Source: Arcobacteraceae bacterium
GTDB taxonomy: Bacteria; Campylobacterota; Campylobacteria; Campylobacterales; Arcobacteraceae
Assembly: GCA_963662945.1 (NCBI GenBank)
Contig: OY759974.1
Location: forward strand, 2,176,001 to 2,240,000
Length of the DNA: 64,000 nucleotides
Direction of reading: 5' to 3'
Shown piece by piece: positions 49,262-64,000 of the stretch (its first letter is position 1; the number at the start of each line of letters is the position of its first letter). The translations under genes were made by a program, and so were the position numbers. Below the pieces are notes generated by a model. That model made no database searches, had not been told where the DNA came from, and was given only the letters and a program-made list of their open reading frames with translations.

Positions 49262-50878
49262 ATGAACCTTTTATCAAAAAATAGTTCTCTTGAAGAATCA
49301 ATAACAAAAATGAGAGCTGTATTAGCAGATGTAGGTTCTCAAATAACTTTCTCTACAGAAAAACATCCTTTAAAAAACTGTTACTCAGTAAATCTGACTT
49401 ATGATGGTGCGCCACAGCATATTTTTTCAAATGGCAAAGGGATATTATCTCTTGCAAGTACAGCAAGTGCTTTGGGTGAGTTTATTGAGAGATTACAAAC
49501 AAATAATTTCTTTACAGAGTTTTATTTGCCAGAACGAAAATACTATCCAGATGAGAAAGTTTTTGGATTTGATGAAGAATTTATTGACAAAGATTTAAAA
49601 ACTTTTTATGATCCACATAATGAATTAATGCCAGAAGATTTTGTAGATTATAATAGCGATTATATAGATAAAGTTGTATCCCTTCCTTTTGTAAATTTAT
49701 CTCATAATGAAACTGCATATATACCTATTAATATTTTGAATAATCTTTACGTAAGCAATGGTCTTGCAACAGGAAATACTCCAAAAGAAGCCCAAGTTCA
49801 AGCATTAAGTGAAATTTTTGAAAGATATGTAAAAATTCAAATTATTAAAAATGGTTATTCTTTACCCAAGTTTCCAGAGCATATTTTAGCGTCTTATGAA
49901 AAACTTTATAATGATATTCAAGAGTTACGAGACTTAGGTTATATAGTGGAAGTTCTTGACGCGTCACTTGGTGGAGAGTTCCCTGTGACTGCTATATCAT
50001 TAATAAATCCAAAAAATTCAACTTTATTTGTCTCTTTTGGGGCTCATCCTATTTTAGAAGTGTCACTAGAAAGAACTATGACAGAATTAATGCAAGGTAG
50101 AAATACAAATGAAATGGATAGTTTTGAAGTACCTACTTTTGATATGAGTTTAGTAAGTGATAACTTTAATATAGAATCGCATTTTATTGATTCAAACGGG
50201 AAAATTGGATTTAGTTTTTTAAAAGCAAAAAGCGATTTTGAATATAAAAGTTGGGAATACAATGGGAATAATACAGATGATGAATATGAGTTTTTAGTGA
50301 ATATTACAAAAAAACTTGATAAAGAGATTTATATACGAGAATATAATTATCTAGGATTTTATTCATGTCAAATTATAGTTCCTAGTATATCTGAAATATA
50401 CCCGATAGAAGATATGATTTATCATAATACAAACAAAGGAAAATTTGTAAGAGATATGATTTTAAATTTTGAAGATTATGATCCACAAGATGTTCTTGAT
50501 GCTGTTGAAGAGTTGGATAATAATTTAAATATCGAAAAACATATAGGGGTAATTTTTAAAACCAATTTTACATTACTTGAATTGAAAATACAACTATACC
50601 TTATATTGGGTAACTTTCAAGAAGCAATAGGATTACTTGAAATTTCAAATCATCCTATGGGATATATATTGGCACAACTTTGTCGTATCTATGAAGATGA
50701 ATTAGAATGGTCAGAATATGAAGATGCTCTATATAACATCTTTTCAAAAGAAAAAGTTGATAAAGCGGTTAGTATTTTTAATGGGGAAACAAATTTTATT
50801 GACATAAATCTTCATGAAGATTATAACAATATACTAAAATTATATGATAAATTAGAGATAAAAAAATATCAATATTAG
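49262..50878 (+). CDS. ycaO: YcaO-family protein
   Basis: SNGKG, SALGEFIER, SNGLATGNT, SEIFERY, ERTMTELMQGR. Confidence 0.88.
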   Translation: MNLLSKNSSLEESITKMRAVLADVGSQITFSTEKHPLKNCYSVNLTYDGAPQHIFSNGKGILSLASTASALGEFIERLQTNNFFTEFYLPERKYYPDEKVFGFDEEFIDKDLKTFYDPHNELMPEDFVDYNSDYIDKVVSLPFVNLSHNETAYIPINILNNLYVSNGLATGNTPKEAQVQALSEIFERYVKIQIIKNGYSLPKFPEHILASYEKLYNDIQELRDLGYIVEVLDASLGGEFPVTAISLINPKNSTLFVSFGAHPILEVSLERTMTELMQGRNTNEMDSFEVPTFDMSLVSDNFNIESHFIDSNGKIGFSFLKAKSDFEYKSWEYNGNNTDDEYEFLVNITKKLDKEIYIREYNYLGFYSCQIIVPSISEIYPIEDMIYHNTNKGKFVRDMILNFEDYDPQDVLDAVEELDNNLNIEKHIGVIFKTNFTLLELKIQLYLILGNFQEAIGLLEISNHPMGYILAQLCRIYEDELEWSEYEDALYNIFSKEKVDKAVSIFNGETNFIDINLHEDYNNILKLYDKLEIKKYQY

Positions 50879-50937
50879 CCTAGATTTAATCAAAAATTGT
50901 TGCAATTTTTGCTATTATAAAAAAAATAGGAATTGTT

Positions 50938-52752
50938 ATGAAACAAAGCTACGATAGTTATAAAAATAAGATTTTATTATATATTTTTCTTATAGGAATT
51001 ATGATGCTTTCTATAATGTCATATATATTGTCTTATAATTTTCATTCAAAAATGGATGATAAATTTGTAACGTTATCAAAATCACTTACAACAGTAATAA
51101 GTCAAGAAGAGCTGCGAATAGTACAACTTTACCAATCTAGATTAATTAAAAACTTAAAATCGTACGGTGTTATAGAGGCTATCAGAAAAAAAGATAGAAA
51201 AACTTTATATAAGTTAATAAAACCACGTTATGAAGAACTTATAAAAGAGAATAAGAATTTCGTAGTAATGCATTTTCATACGGCAGATAATAAAACATTA
51301 TTACGGATGCATGATGTAGATTATTATGATGATGATTTATCGAGTTTTAGAGATATTGTTGTTGATACAAATACAAATAAGCATGCTCACTTTGGCTTTG
51401 AAAAAGGAAAACATGGGTATTTTTATAGAATTATAGTACCAATTATTGATAATAATGAACATTTAGGAAGTGTAGAGTTTGGATTAAAACTGGAGTATTT
51501 CACAGATAATATTAAAAGATTATTACCTGATATGAATTTTGGTTTGATGTTTTTAACTGAAAATTTAAAAGATAAGAACTATAAAACTCTTGATAAATAT
51601 TCGTTAATATATGATGAAGATAATTTTTTTAAACCATTATTAGAGAAAATTAATTTGCATAAAAACTATAATATTTTACAAGAAGGAAAACATTATTATA
51701 TTCTAAGCAGTAATATTTATATTAAAGATTATCATGATAATGATGCTATTAATATTTTATTTGCTATAGATATCACTAAATTTAGAAATAGTTTAATAAA
51801 TCAGTACCTTATTTTACTTTTTATTGGTGTTTTGACTTATGCACTTTCATTTATCATTATTAATATGGGATTTAAGAAATATATAAGTTCTTTACAAAAG
51901 CAATCAAAAAAACTTCAAGAATATGCAAAAATAGTTGATGAGTATGTGATAGTTTCTTCTACAGATTTAAAGGGTTATATTACTTATGCAAGTGAGGCTT
52001 TTTGTAAAATAAGTGGATACACCAAAAAGGAATTATTAGGTTCTTCTCACAATGTAGTAAAACATCCAGATATGCCACAATCTGTTTATAAAGAGATGTG
52101 GAATACTCTGATTCGAGAAAAAGTTTGGCATGGGGAATTAAAAAATCAAAAAAAAGATGGAACACATTATTGGGTTGATGCTGTTATATCCCCTGTATAT
52201 AATGTAGAGGGTATTTTAAAAGGGTATACTTCAGTAAGACAAGATATTACAGATAAAAAAAAGATTGAAGAGATTTCCCAAAAAGATAAATTGACACAGA
52301 TTTACAATAGATTAAAGCTTGATGAGATATTGGAATCAGAGATAGATAGAGCTAAGAGATATAATACTGTTTTTTGTGTTATTTTAATGGATATTGATAA
52401 ATTTAAAATAGTAAATGATACTTTTGGACATCAAGCAGGGGATAGTGTATTGATTGAAATTGCTCAAATATTATCTAATTCTTTACGAAAAACAGATACT
52501 CTTGGAAGATGGGGTGGAGAAGAATTTATGATTATTTGTCCAGGTATAACTATTGATGGTGCCGTTATCTTAGCAGAAAATATAAGACAACGAATAGAAA
52601 ACTATGATTTTAAAATAGTTGGAAAACTAACTGGAAGTTTTGGAATAAGCCAGTATGAAAAAGGTGAAAATGAAGAAGTTATTGTAAAAAGATGTGATGA
52701 AGCTTTATATGATTCAAAACATACTGGAAGAAATAAAGTGACATATAAGTAG
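50938..52752 (+). CDS. Cache-PAS-GGDEF diguanylate cyclase
   Basis: RKTDTLGRWGGEEF; PAS KHPDMP; two TM segments. Confidence 0.9.
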   Translation: MKQSYDSYKNKILLYIFLIGIMMLSIMSYILSYNFHSKMDDKFVTLSKSLTTVISQEELRIVQLYQSRLIKNLKSYGVIEAIRKKDRKTLYKLIKPRYEELIKENKNFVVMHFHTADNKTLLRMHDVDYYDDDLSSFRDIVVDTNTNKHAHFGFEKGKHGYFYRIIVPIIDNNEHLGSVEFGLKLEYFTDNIKRLLPDMNFGLMFLTENLKDKNYKTLDKYSLIYDEDNFFKPLLEKINLHKNYNILQEGKHYYILSSNIYIKDYHDNDAINILFAIDITKFRNSLINQYLILLFIGVLTYALSFIIINMGFKKYISSLQKQSKKLQEYAKIVDEYVIVSSTDLKGYITYASEAFCKISGYTKKELLGSSHNVVKHPDMPQSVYKEMWNTLIREKVWHGELKNQKKDGTHYWVDAVISPVYNVEGILKGYTSVRQDITDKKKIEEISQKDKLTQIYNRLKLDEILESEIDRAKRYNTVFCVILMDIDKFKIVNDTFGHQAGDSVLIEIAQILSNSLRKTDTLGRWGGEEFMIICPGITIDGAVILAENIRQRIENYDFKIVGKLTGSFGISQYEKGENEEVIVKRCDEALYDSKHTGRNKVTYK

Positions 52753-52800
52753 TAAATAGAATTTACTTAGCTATAATAAACAACTAGATACAATCGTAGC

Positions 52801-53313
52801 ATGGAAATAAATCAAATACTAGATAAGTACCTTAGCAAAGAAAGATTGTCAGATATTATTTGTAAGTATCAATTATATTATCAAATTGGTCTTGGAAATG
52901 TAGCTTTAGAATCATTACAAGATTTGAAAGAAACTGTCGATAAAATAAATCAATTAAACCTGCAAGTACGTTCAGAGGTAATAATTGACTCTTTAAGTCA
53001 AATAATATCTTCACATCAGGATGATTCAAATTTTGATTTAAATTTTGAATATTATTTACGATATACAGCTTTAGTACATATGTTAGATGATTTTATAAAA
53101 GCAGACAAAGATTTAATCCATCCTGAACCATTTCGTGATTTGATGTATGAACAGATTCAAGATGATGTTTTTTTTACAAAAACAATGCAACAACAATTTG
53201 AAGCTGACTATAAAGCAATATTGCCTTCAATTGCAGCAACAATAACAGTTGATATTGCAAAAGATGTAAAAAAAATTATAGAAGAGATGATAAATACAAA
53301 TAGCATATCATAG
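52801..53313 (+). CDS. hypothetical protein
   Basis: ORF fills the gap; no recognisable motif. Confidence 0.7.
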   Translation: MEINQILDKYLSKERLSDIICKYQLYYQIGLGNVALESLQDLKETVDKINQLNLQVRSEVIIDSLSQIISSHQDDSNFDLNFEYYLRYTALVHMLDDFIKADKDLIHPEPFRDLMYEQIQDDVFFTKTMQQQFEADYKAILPSIAATITVDIAKDVKKIIEEMINTNSIS

Positions 53314-53453
53314 AAGAAAAGATTAAGTTATAGTTTAATATAATTAGTGTAACAAAATTGATACATCTTAGTTGTATCACAAAATCTCAAGATGAATTAT
53401 TGGATATTTTGCCAATAAACTACTCAAACAAAATCAAAAGGCAACACAATTTA

Positions 53454-54815
53454 ATGGAAGAAACAACTCAGCCAGAAACACAAAACACAGAAGAAACAAA
53501 AAAGAAACCTACTCGAAAAGCAACAGCATCGAAAAAATCAAGAACACATGTGCCTGTAAAAGGTTTAACAATAGAAGTACTACGAGAAAAAACTACACAA
53601 GAACTTATTGATAGTGCAAATGAACTAGAGATTGAAAATCCACAAGAGTATCAAAGACAAGATTTAATCTTTGCAATCCTTGAATCTCAAACAGAACAAG
53701 GTGGATATATTCTTTTTACTGGTATCTTAGATATAAAAGAGGCAGGATTTGGATTTTTAAGACCACTTGATGGAAAATTTAGTGATACATACAGTGATTC
53801 TTATGTAAGTGCTACACAAATTAAAAGATTTGCATTAAGAAGTGGAGATATAGTTTCAGGACAAGTTCGTCCGCCAAGTAAAGAGAGTGAGAAATATTAC
53901 GCACTTTTAAAAATAGAAGCTATTAACTATCTGCCAGTAAACCAATCAAAAAATAGACCATTATTTGACAATCTTACACCATTATATTCAACAGAAAGAT
54001 TTAGATTTGAGTATAATCCAGATAAATTAACAGGTCGGGTAATGGATCTTTTTGCACCTATGGGAAAAGGGCAAAGGGGGCTTATCGTAGCTCAGCCTAA
54101 ATCAGGGAAAACAGAGCTTTTAAAAGAACTTGCCCATGGTATCACAGCAAATCATCCTGATACAACTTTAATGGTATTATTGATTGATGAAAGACCTGAA
54201 GAGGTTACAGATATGCAAAGAAGTGTAAAAGGGGAAGTATATAGTTCTACTTTTGATCTACCTGCTCAAAATCACATTAAAGTTGCCGAAATGGTTATCA
54301 ATAAAGCAAAAAGAGAAGTTGAAATGGGAAAAGATGTAGTAATTCTTCTTGATTCTATTACAAGATTAGCTCGTGCATATAATACCGTAACACCAAGTTC
54401 AGGTAAAGTACTTTCTGGTGGGGTTGATGCAAACGCACTTCATAAGCCAAAAAGATTTTTTGGAGCAGCTAGAAATATAGAAGAGGGTGGTAGTTTAACT
54501 ATTATTGCAACTACTCTTGTAGAAACTGGTTCAAAGATGGATGAAGTTATTTTTGAAGAGTTTAAAGGAACAGGAAACTCAGAAGTAGTTTTAAGTAGAA
54601 AAGCAGCAGAGAGAAGAGTTTATCCAGCAGTTGATGTTGTAAAATCGGGAACTAGAAAAGAAGAGTTACTGCTTCATCCTGATGAGTTACAAAAAATATG
54701 GATACTTAGAAATGCAATGGCTGAAATGGATGAAGTGGAATCATTAAAATTCCTTTACAAAAAAATGAAAGAAACAAAGTCAAATGCTGAGTTTCTAATC
54801 TCAATGAATGGTTAA
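53454..54815 (+). CDS. rho: transcription termination factor Rho
   Basis: [43 protein letters not shown]; start moved to ATG 53454. Confidence 0.97.
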   Translation: MEETTQPETQNTEETKKKPTRKATASKKSRTHVPVKGLTIEVLREKTTQELIDSANELEIENPQEYQRQDLIFAILESQTEQGGYILFTGILDIKEAGFGFLRPLDGKFSDTYSDSYVSATQIKRFALRSGDIVSGQVRPPSKESEKYYALLKIEAINYLPVNQSKNRPLFDNLTPLYSTERFRFEYNPDKLTGRVMDLFAPMGKGQRGLIVAQPKSGKTELLKELAHGITANHPDTTLMVLLIDERPEEVTDMQRSVKGEVYSSTFDLPAQNHIKVAEMVINKAKREVEMGKDVVILLDSITRLARAYNTVTPSSGKVLSGGVDANALHKPKRFFGAARNIEEGGSLTIIATTLVETGSKMDEVIFEEFKGTGNSEVVLSRKAAERRVYPAVDVVKSGTRKEELLLHPDELQKIWILRNAMAEMDEVESLKFLYKKMKETKSNAEFLISMNG

Positions 54816-54823
54816 TAGTTTAT

Positions 54824-55297
54824 ATGAAATTTAATAATTTATCTCATAATGAAAAACTAGAAATTCAAAAAAAAGTTTTAGAAGTATTAGAAGTTGTTGG
54901 TGGGAAAAATCATTTTTTAGGACTTATAGAAGATGTGAAAGAGGCTTCTCAACATCCTTTGTTAAATAAAACTGGAAGATACCATTTCCCAAATGGTACA
55001 ATAACTTGGGGTAAACAGATCTTTAAAGAAAAAGTAATAGCTTTAAAAAATATGCTTATTCAACATGACGATGATAATATTCTTACAATAAAAGATGCAA
55101 AGCTACAAAAAGAGGTAGAAAATAGTATTAAAACTCTTGGTAAATTGTTATTTGTTATAGAAACAAAAGATGGACAAAAATTTGAGTTTCAGCCATTTAT
55201 AACTATTAATGAAACAAATGTAGAAATTAATCCAATATTCCAAATTTTATTTTTTGATAGTATCAATAATACAAAAAGAATTTTAAATTATAAATAG
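54824..55297 (+). CDS. hypothetical protein
   Basis: Co-oriented ORF between rho and murI. Confidence 0.75.
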   Translation: MKFNNLSHNEKLEIQKKVLEVLEVVGGKNHFLGLIEDVKEASQHPLLNKTGRYHFPNGTITWGKQIFKEKVIALKNMLIQHDDDNILTIKDAKLQKEVENSIKTLGKLLFVIETKDGQKFEFQPFITINETNVEINPIFQILFFDSINNTKRILNYK

Positions 55298-55309
55298 GAG
55301 TTACTTCAT

Positions 55310-56056
55310 ATGAGGGCAGCTGTATTTGATAGTGGAGTTGGTGGTTTAACAGTTGTCAAATCACTACTAGAAAATAAACTTTTTGAAGAGATTATTTATT
55401 TTGGAGATACTGCACGAGTACCTTATGGAGTTAAAGACAAAAATACTATTGTAAGATATTCACTCGAAGCATTGGAGTTTTTCAAAAACTTTGATGTAGA
55501 TATCTTAATAGTTGCTTGTAATAGTGTAAGTGCATATGCTTTAGATGAACTTCGGGCAAATACTACTATACCTGTTATTGGTGTTATTGAATCTGGTGTT
55601 AAAGCACTAGAAAATAAAATATCTTCAAAAGACTCAAATATTTTAGTTATTGGAACTAATGCGACAATTAATTCTAATAGATATGAAATTGCATTGAAAA
55701 AATTAGAATATAAAAATATCACTTCTATAGCAACAGGTCTTTTTGTACCTATTGTAGAAGAAGGTATTTATACTGGTGAAATACTAAACTCAACTATGCA
55801 TCATTATTTTAAAAAATTACAAAGTGTAGATGCAGTGATTTTAGGATGTACACACTTCCCATTAATTGAGAATGAAATTTCACAATATTTAAATAATGCA
55901 GTTACTATACATAGTGGTGATGCGATTGTTGATTTTTTAAAGTTAGAGTATAACTGTATTAATAGATTTGAGACAACAAATATTAAATTTTTTGCTTCAG
56001 AAAATCCAGATAACTTAAAAAATGTTGCAAAAATTTGGCTAAAAGGTTTATTATAA
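55310..56056 (+). CDS. murI: glutamate racemase
   Basis: FDSGVGG, ACNS, LGCTHFP. Confidence 0.96.
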   Translation: MRAAVFDSGVGGLTVVKSLLENKLFEEIIYFGDTARVPYGVKDKNTIVRYSLEALEFFKNFDVDILIVACNSVSAYALDELRANTTIPVIGVIESGVKALENKISSKDSNILVIGTNATINSNRYEIALKKLEYKNITSIATGLFVPIVEEGIYTGEILNSTMHHYFKKLQSVDAVILGCTHFPLIENEISQYLNNAVTIHSGDAIVDFLKLEYNCINRFETTNIKFFASENPDNLKNVAKIWLKGLL

Positions 56057-57780
56057 TGGATAATCAAATGACAAAACAAAGACAAGTATTAGCTTTAAAA
56101 TATAGACCAAAAAGATTTGAGGATTTAATTGGTCAAGATACTATTTCAACTACACTGGCTCTGGCTTTAGATACAAACAGATTATCTCATGCTTATCTTT
56201 TAAGTGGTTTAAGAGGAAGTGGAAAAACAAGTACTGCAAGAATTATGGCAAAAGCACTTGTTTGTGAAAATGCACCTACCTCAAAACCTTGTGAGAATTG
56301 TCAAGGATGTAATAGTGCAAATGAAAATAGACATCTTGATATTATAGAGATGGATGCTGCATCAAATCGTGGAATTGATGATATTAAAGAACTTATAGAA
56401 CATACAAAATATAAACCTACTAGTGCAAAATACAAAGTATTTATCATCGATGAAGTTCATATGCTTACTACTCAAGCATTTAATGCACTTTTAAAAACAC
56501 TTGAAGAACCACCTGATTTTGTAAAATTTATTTTAGCGACTACAGATCCTTTAAAATTACCAGCTACAATATTAAGTAGAACGCAACATTTTAGATTTAA
56601 AAAAATTTCTGATAAAAATATCATACATCATTTAAGTCATATTTTACATATTGAGAACATCAGATATGAAGAAGCAGCATTAGAAATTCTTACTCGTGCT
56701 GGACAAGGAAGTTTACGAGATACATTAACATTATTAGATCAAGCTATTATTTACTCAAAAAGCATTATTACTGTTGCTACAGTAACAGATATGTTAGGTA
56801 TGATAGATCCTTTATTTATGGATAATTTATTTGATGTAATTTTAAAAAAAGGTGATATACGCCCAATAATAGAATCGTTAGAAAACTATGAAGTTGGACA
56901 GGTTTTAGATGAAATAGGTATTCATCTAAGACAAAAAATGCTTTTAAATGATGTAAAGTTTGATATATACGTTTTTGATAGATTTTTTAAAATACTTGCA
57001 GATTCAAAACAATTATTAAGTATGAATAGTGATGGAGGTTTTGTTCTTATTTTAACTTTATCTAAAATGGTTGAAGCTGTAAATCTTAATACTATTGATG
57101 AAGTAATTAAACAAGTTCAGAGTGAGCAATTACCTATAAGGGAAGTAGCCCAACCAACAACAATTATAGAAAAAAATATAGAATCACCAGTTTCTCATGA
57201 AAATCTAATAACAGAAGAGAGTTCAAATACTCAATTATCAGAATCTATAATTAATGAAAAAGAAAATGAAATAAACGTAGTTGAACAAGATAACTCACAA
57301 TTATTATTTAAAAAACTTATTGATAATATTTATAATAAAAGTTATGAATTAGGTGAATGTTTCGAAAAAAGTTTTACATATTCATCATATGAAAATAATA
57401 TATTGAAGATAAATAGTGTTGCACAAGGGGATTGTAAAACATTGTTATATAAAAATTTTGCTCATATAAAAATATTTGTTGCAGAAGTTTTTGGAGATGA
57501 AACAGAATTAGAATTTGAAAAAATCCAAAAAGAAGCTACAAAGGAAACAGCCCGGATAGTTCAACCATCTTTTAATAATTCTGTTGGCTCAATGATAGAA
57601 GATATAGAATTGCACGAAGACACTCCTTCAAGTTGTGTTGCAAGTATGAGTGCTATGAAAGAACCAAATTTATCTCAAGTAGAGTTAAATATAGATGATG
57701 TTCTTAACTCAAAAATGGTAAATAGTGCCATTCAACTTTTCCAACCGCGAAATCCGCCAAAAATAAAATCTAAATTATAA
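56056..57780 (+). CDS. dnaX: DNA polymerase III subunit gamma/tau
   Basis: LALKYRP, GLRGSGKT, EMDAAS, IDEVHML, LKTLEEPP. Confidence 0.96.
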   Translation: MDNQMTKQRQVLALKYRPKRFEDLIGQDTISTTLALALDTNRLSHAYLLSGLRGSGKTSTARIMAKALVCENAPTSKPCENCQGCNSANENRHLDIIEMDAASNRGIDDIKELIEHTKYKPTSAKYKVFIIDEVHMLTTQAFNALLKTLEEPPDFVKFILATTDPLKLPATILSRTQHFRFKKISDKNIIHHLSHILHIENIRYEEAALEILTRAGQGSLRDTLTLLDQAIIYSKSIITVATVTDMLGMIDPLFMDNLFDVILKKGDIRPIIESLENYEVGQVLDEIGIHLRQKMLLNDVKFDIYVFDRFFKILADSKQLLSMNSDGGFVLILTLSKMVEAVNLNTIDEVIKQVQSEQLPIREVAQPTTIIEKNIESPVSHENLITEESSNTQLSESIINEKENEINVVEQDNSQLLFKKLIDNIYNKSYELGECFEKSFTYSSYENNILKINSVAQGDCKTLLYKNFAHIKIFVAEVFGDETELEFEKIQKEATKETARIVQPSFNNSVGSMIEDIELHEDTPSSCVASMSAMKEPNLSQVELNIDDVLNSKMVNSAIQLFQPRNPPKIKSKL

Positions 57781-57784
57781 AGTT

Positions 57785-57812
57785 AAAAAAGCCCTTGAAA
57801 AAGGGCTTTTTT
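57785..57812 (+). terminator. Rho-independent terminator after dnaX
   Basis: AAAAAAGCCCTT-GAAA-AAGGGCTTTTTT. Confidence 0.9.
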
Positions 57813-57875
57813 CATATATGTAAATAGCAGTAAAAAAAGAATTTCAAAATTTCAGCCACACTTAAGCTGTAGCTC

Positions 57876-57904
57876 TTGACAAAGCCAAAAAATTTTATTA
57901 TAAT
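57876..57904 (+). promoter_or_regulatory. rrn sigma70 promoter
   Basis: TTGACA-17 nt-TATAAT followed by GC-rich TCGCGTCC. Confidence 0.9.
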
Positions 57905-58256
57905 TCGCGTCCAATTAAAGTAAGACACTTTAAGAAGAGAGTATAAACGGGTTGTTTAGATTCAATAACTTCAAGAAGAGAGAAAAATTAATTAGGAAAA
58001 GTTCTTTAAAAAAAATAATGTTAATAAATAAAATCAAGTTTATTTAAATTACTGAGAAGTAATCTTTATAAACTAGATACAAGAAGAATTAAATATAGAG
58101 TAATTTATATTTGATAAACTTCGTCTATAAACTTTATGAGTTTTAGTTTTAAAACTAAAAACAAATAAATATAATTGAATCTTTAAAAAGATTCAGTGAT
58201 TTTTAGGTAAAAACTTAAAAGTCAAGATTAAACAAACCAAACTAAGAGATTAGTTT

Positions 58257-59774
<1,518 letters not shown>

Positions 59775-60023
59775 CAAAGATATAACTTAACTATTCGTTT
59801 AGTTGAGTTCAATGAATAAAAAGTTATATAATAAGATATAACAAATTGATGTAAAAAATAGTACAACATCGAGACGAAAGTTCTTTAATCTCATAAAGAC
59901 ATCTTGCTATCTAGTTTATAAAGATTATATGAATAATCTTAAAAGAACAGAACATTATTTATTAACAAAGATGTTAAAACATCCTAGTCAATAATGAGAG
60001 ATCATTATTAACTAAGTATTCAT

Positions 60024-60100
60024 GGGCCTATAGCTCAGCTGGCTAGAGCGCTCGACTGATAATCGTGAGGTCACAGGTTCAAGTCCTGTTAGGCCCACCA
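60024..60100 (+). tRNA. tRNA-Ile (GAT)
   Basis: GGGCCTATAGCTCAG...CTGATAA...AGGCCCACCA. Confidence 0.96.
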
Positions 60101-60101
60101 T

Positions 60102-60177
60102 GGGGAATTAGCTCAGCTGGGAGAGCGCCTGCCTTGCACGTAGGAGGTCAGCGGTTCGATCCCGCTATTCTCCACCA
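60102..60177 (+). tRNA. tRNA-Ala (TGC)
   Basis: GGGGAATTAGCTCAG...TTGCAC...TTCTCCACCA. Confidence 0.96.
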
Positions 60178-60425
60178 TAGGAAAGAGATACAGAAGAAGT
60201 TAAATATTAGTTCTAATTGTAGAATTAATATTTGATTTCAAAAGAGATCAAAGAGTTATTTAAAAACATACTGTTAAAGTCTTTATTTTTCTAAAGAAAA
60301 TAAAAATACAATTTTAAATATTATTTTATTGAAGTTACATTTAATAAGATAGTAGCTAAAGAATAATCATAACAAAGCAAAAAAGAACTGTATTAGCAAT
60401 AATACAAATTCTTCTTTAATTTATC

Positions 60426-63307
<2,882 letters not shown>

Positions 63308-63433
63308 ATAAGATTATCTTTAGTTTACTATCTTATTAAATGTAATAAGATATATTTAGAATGTATTTTTACTTTAGAACAAAGACTTTAACTGTATTAC
63401 TTTATACACAACTTTTAAATGAGACATTTTAAA

Positions 63434-63550
63434 TGTTGGTGGTTATAGAGGAGAGGAAATACCCAGCCCCATTTCGAACCTGGTAGTCAAGCTCTCCATC
63501 GCCGATAATACTGCCGGGTCCCCTGGTGGAAACGTAGGTCGCTGCCAACT
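63434..63550 (+). rRNA. rrf: 5S rRNA
   Basis: GTTGGTGG...CCCATTTCGAAC...GTAGGTCGCTGCCAAC. Confidence 0.95.
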
Positions 63551-63581
63551 TTTAAGGTGTCTCTTTTTTTTACTTCTTTTT

Positions 63582-63611
63582 GGAAGCTTTTATGCCTCCT
63601 TTTGCTTTTTT
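63582..63611 (+). terminator. possible rrn terminator
   Basis: GGAAGC-TTTTAT-GCCTCC imperfect stem followed by a T-rich tract. Confidence 0.4.
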
Positions 63612-63874
63612 CTATTCTTTTTCTTTTTAAATTTATTACAATTTTGTTATTTTTACTTTTTATTTTTTCTTCAAACTTAATAACTTTACTAATATTATTT
63701 TATATTTTGTAATAATATCTTTTTGTATTGTTTTTTCAATTTTTGTTTTTGCATTACTATACATTGCTTTTGAAGTTTAATAAGACTTTTATATTCTATG
63801 ATTTCTTTTTCTAATTCAATAGCATTCATTAAATATTCTTTGTTATATTACAAAAAATTTTATTAATTGTATAC

Positions 63875-64000
63875 TTATTGATTTGATATATCAATAATAA
63901 TTATATTATATTTATTTTCATAATATTGCATTAAAAGCTTTTGAAGAGTAGGTTGGTGAGATGGAGTGAACCAAGCATTATTTGATATAGCGATTGCATA
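63875..64000 (-). CDS. lnt: apolipoprotein N-acyltransferase, 3' end only
   Basis: YAIAISNNAWFTPSHQPTLQKLLMQYY...NQ*. Confidence 0.8.
   Translation of the reverse strand, partial: YAIAISNNAWFTPSHQPTLQKLLMQYYENKYNIIIIDISNQ

Noticed and set aside
49094-50878. tRNA-Cys as an island integration site; YcaO as a RiPP cluster
   Set aside because: No integrase, tRNA 3' repeat, TfuA or precursor; looks like a stand-alone ycaO
50901-50918. TGCAATTTTTGCTATT as a fourth Ada-like box
   Set aside because: Lacks GATTGT and the 20-nt spacing to a -10
685-56085. Short antisense or nested ORFs (e.g. 685-867, 4250-4537, 7431-7766, 27442-27735, 55423-55722)
   Set aside because: Shadows of well-supported genes, with no independent motifs
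56840-56855. A-run in dnaX as a programmed frameshift site
   Set aside because: Falls near codon 265, too early to give a functional gamma subunit, and no stimulator is evident

Overview
AT-rich Campylobacterota chromosome segment. The 16S sequence and gene content point to Arcobacteraceae. Positions 1-44.8 kb are an accessory region: signalling genes (CheW-domain protein, PhnD-like binding protein plus kinase, diguanylate cyclases), a MoxR/vWA pair, ThiF, leuA, two mdaB copies, an Ada-like regulator, MocR, argD, glyA, tsdA, ribB with an FMN riboswitch, and assorted stress genes. Positions 44.8-64 kb are mostly core: priA, ciaB, tRNA-Cys, ycaO, rho, murI, dnaX, a complete rrn operon and the 3' end of lnt. 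The most notable signals are regulatory and are read directly from intergenic DNA. (1) Five sigma54-type -24/-12 promoters precede mostly uncharacterised genes between 3 and 17.5 kb, possibly a nitrogen-fixation accessory regulon; one transcript appears leaderless. (2) An 18-bp box sits at identical spacing in the promoters of an EamA transporter, an Ada-like regulator lacking the Zn domain, and glyA. (3) A Leu5 leader peptide precedes a leuA that lacks its regulatory domain, and no strong intrinsic terminator is visible. No CRISPR array, integrase or intact IS was found. Several start codons were re-assigned from the ORF track using RBS position. All family calls are by motif recognition, not database search.
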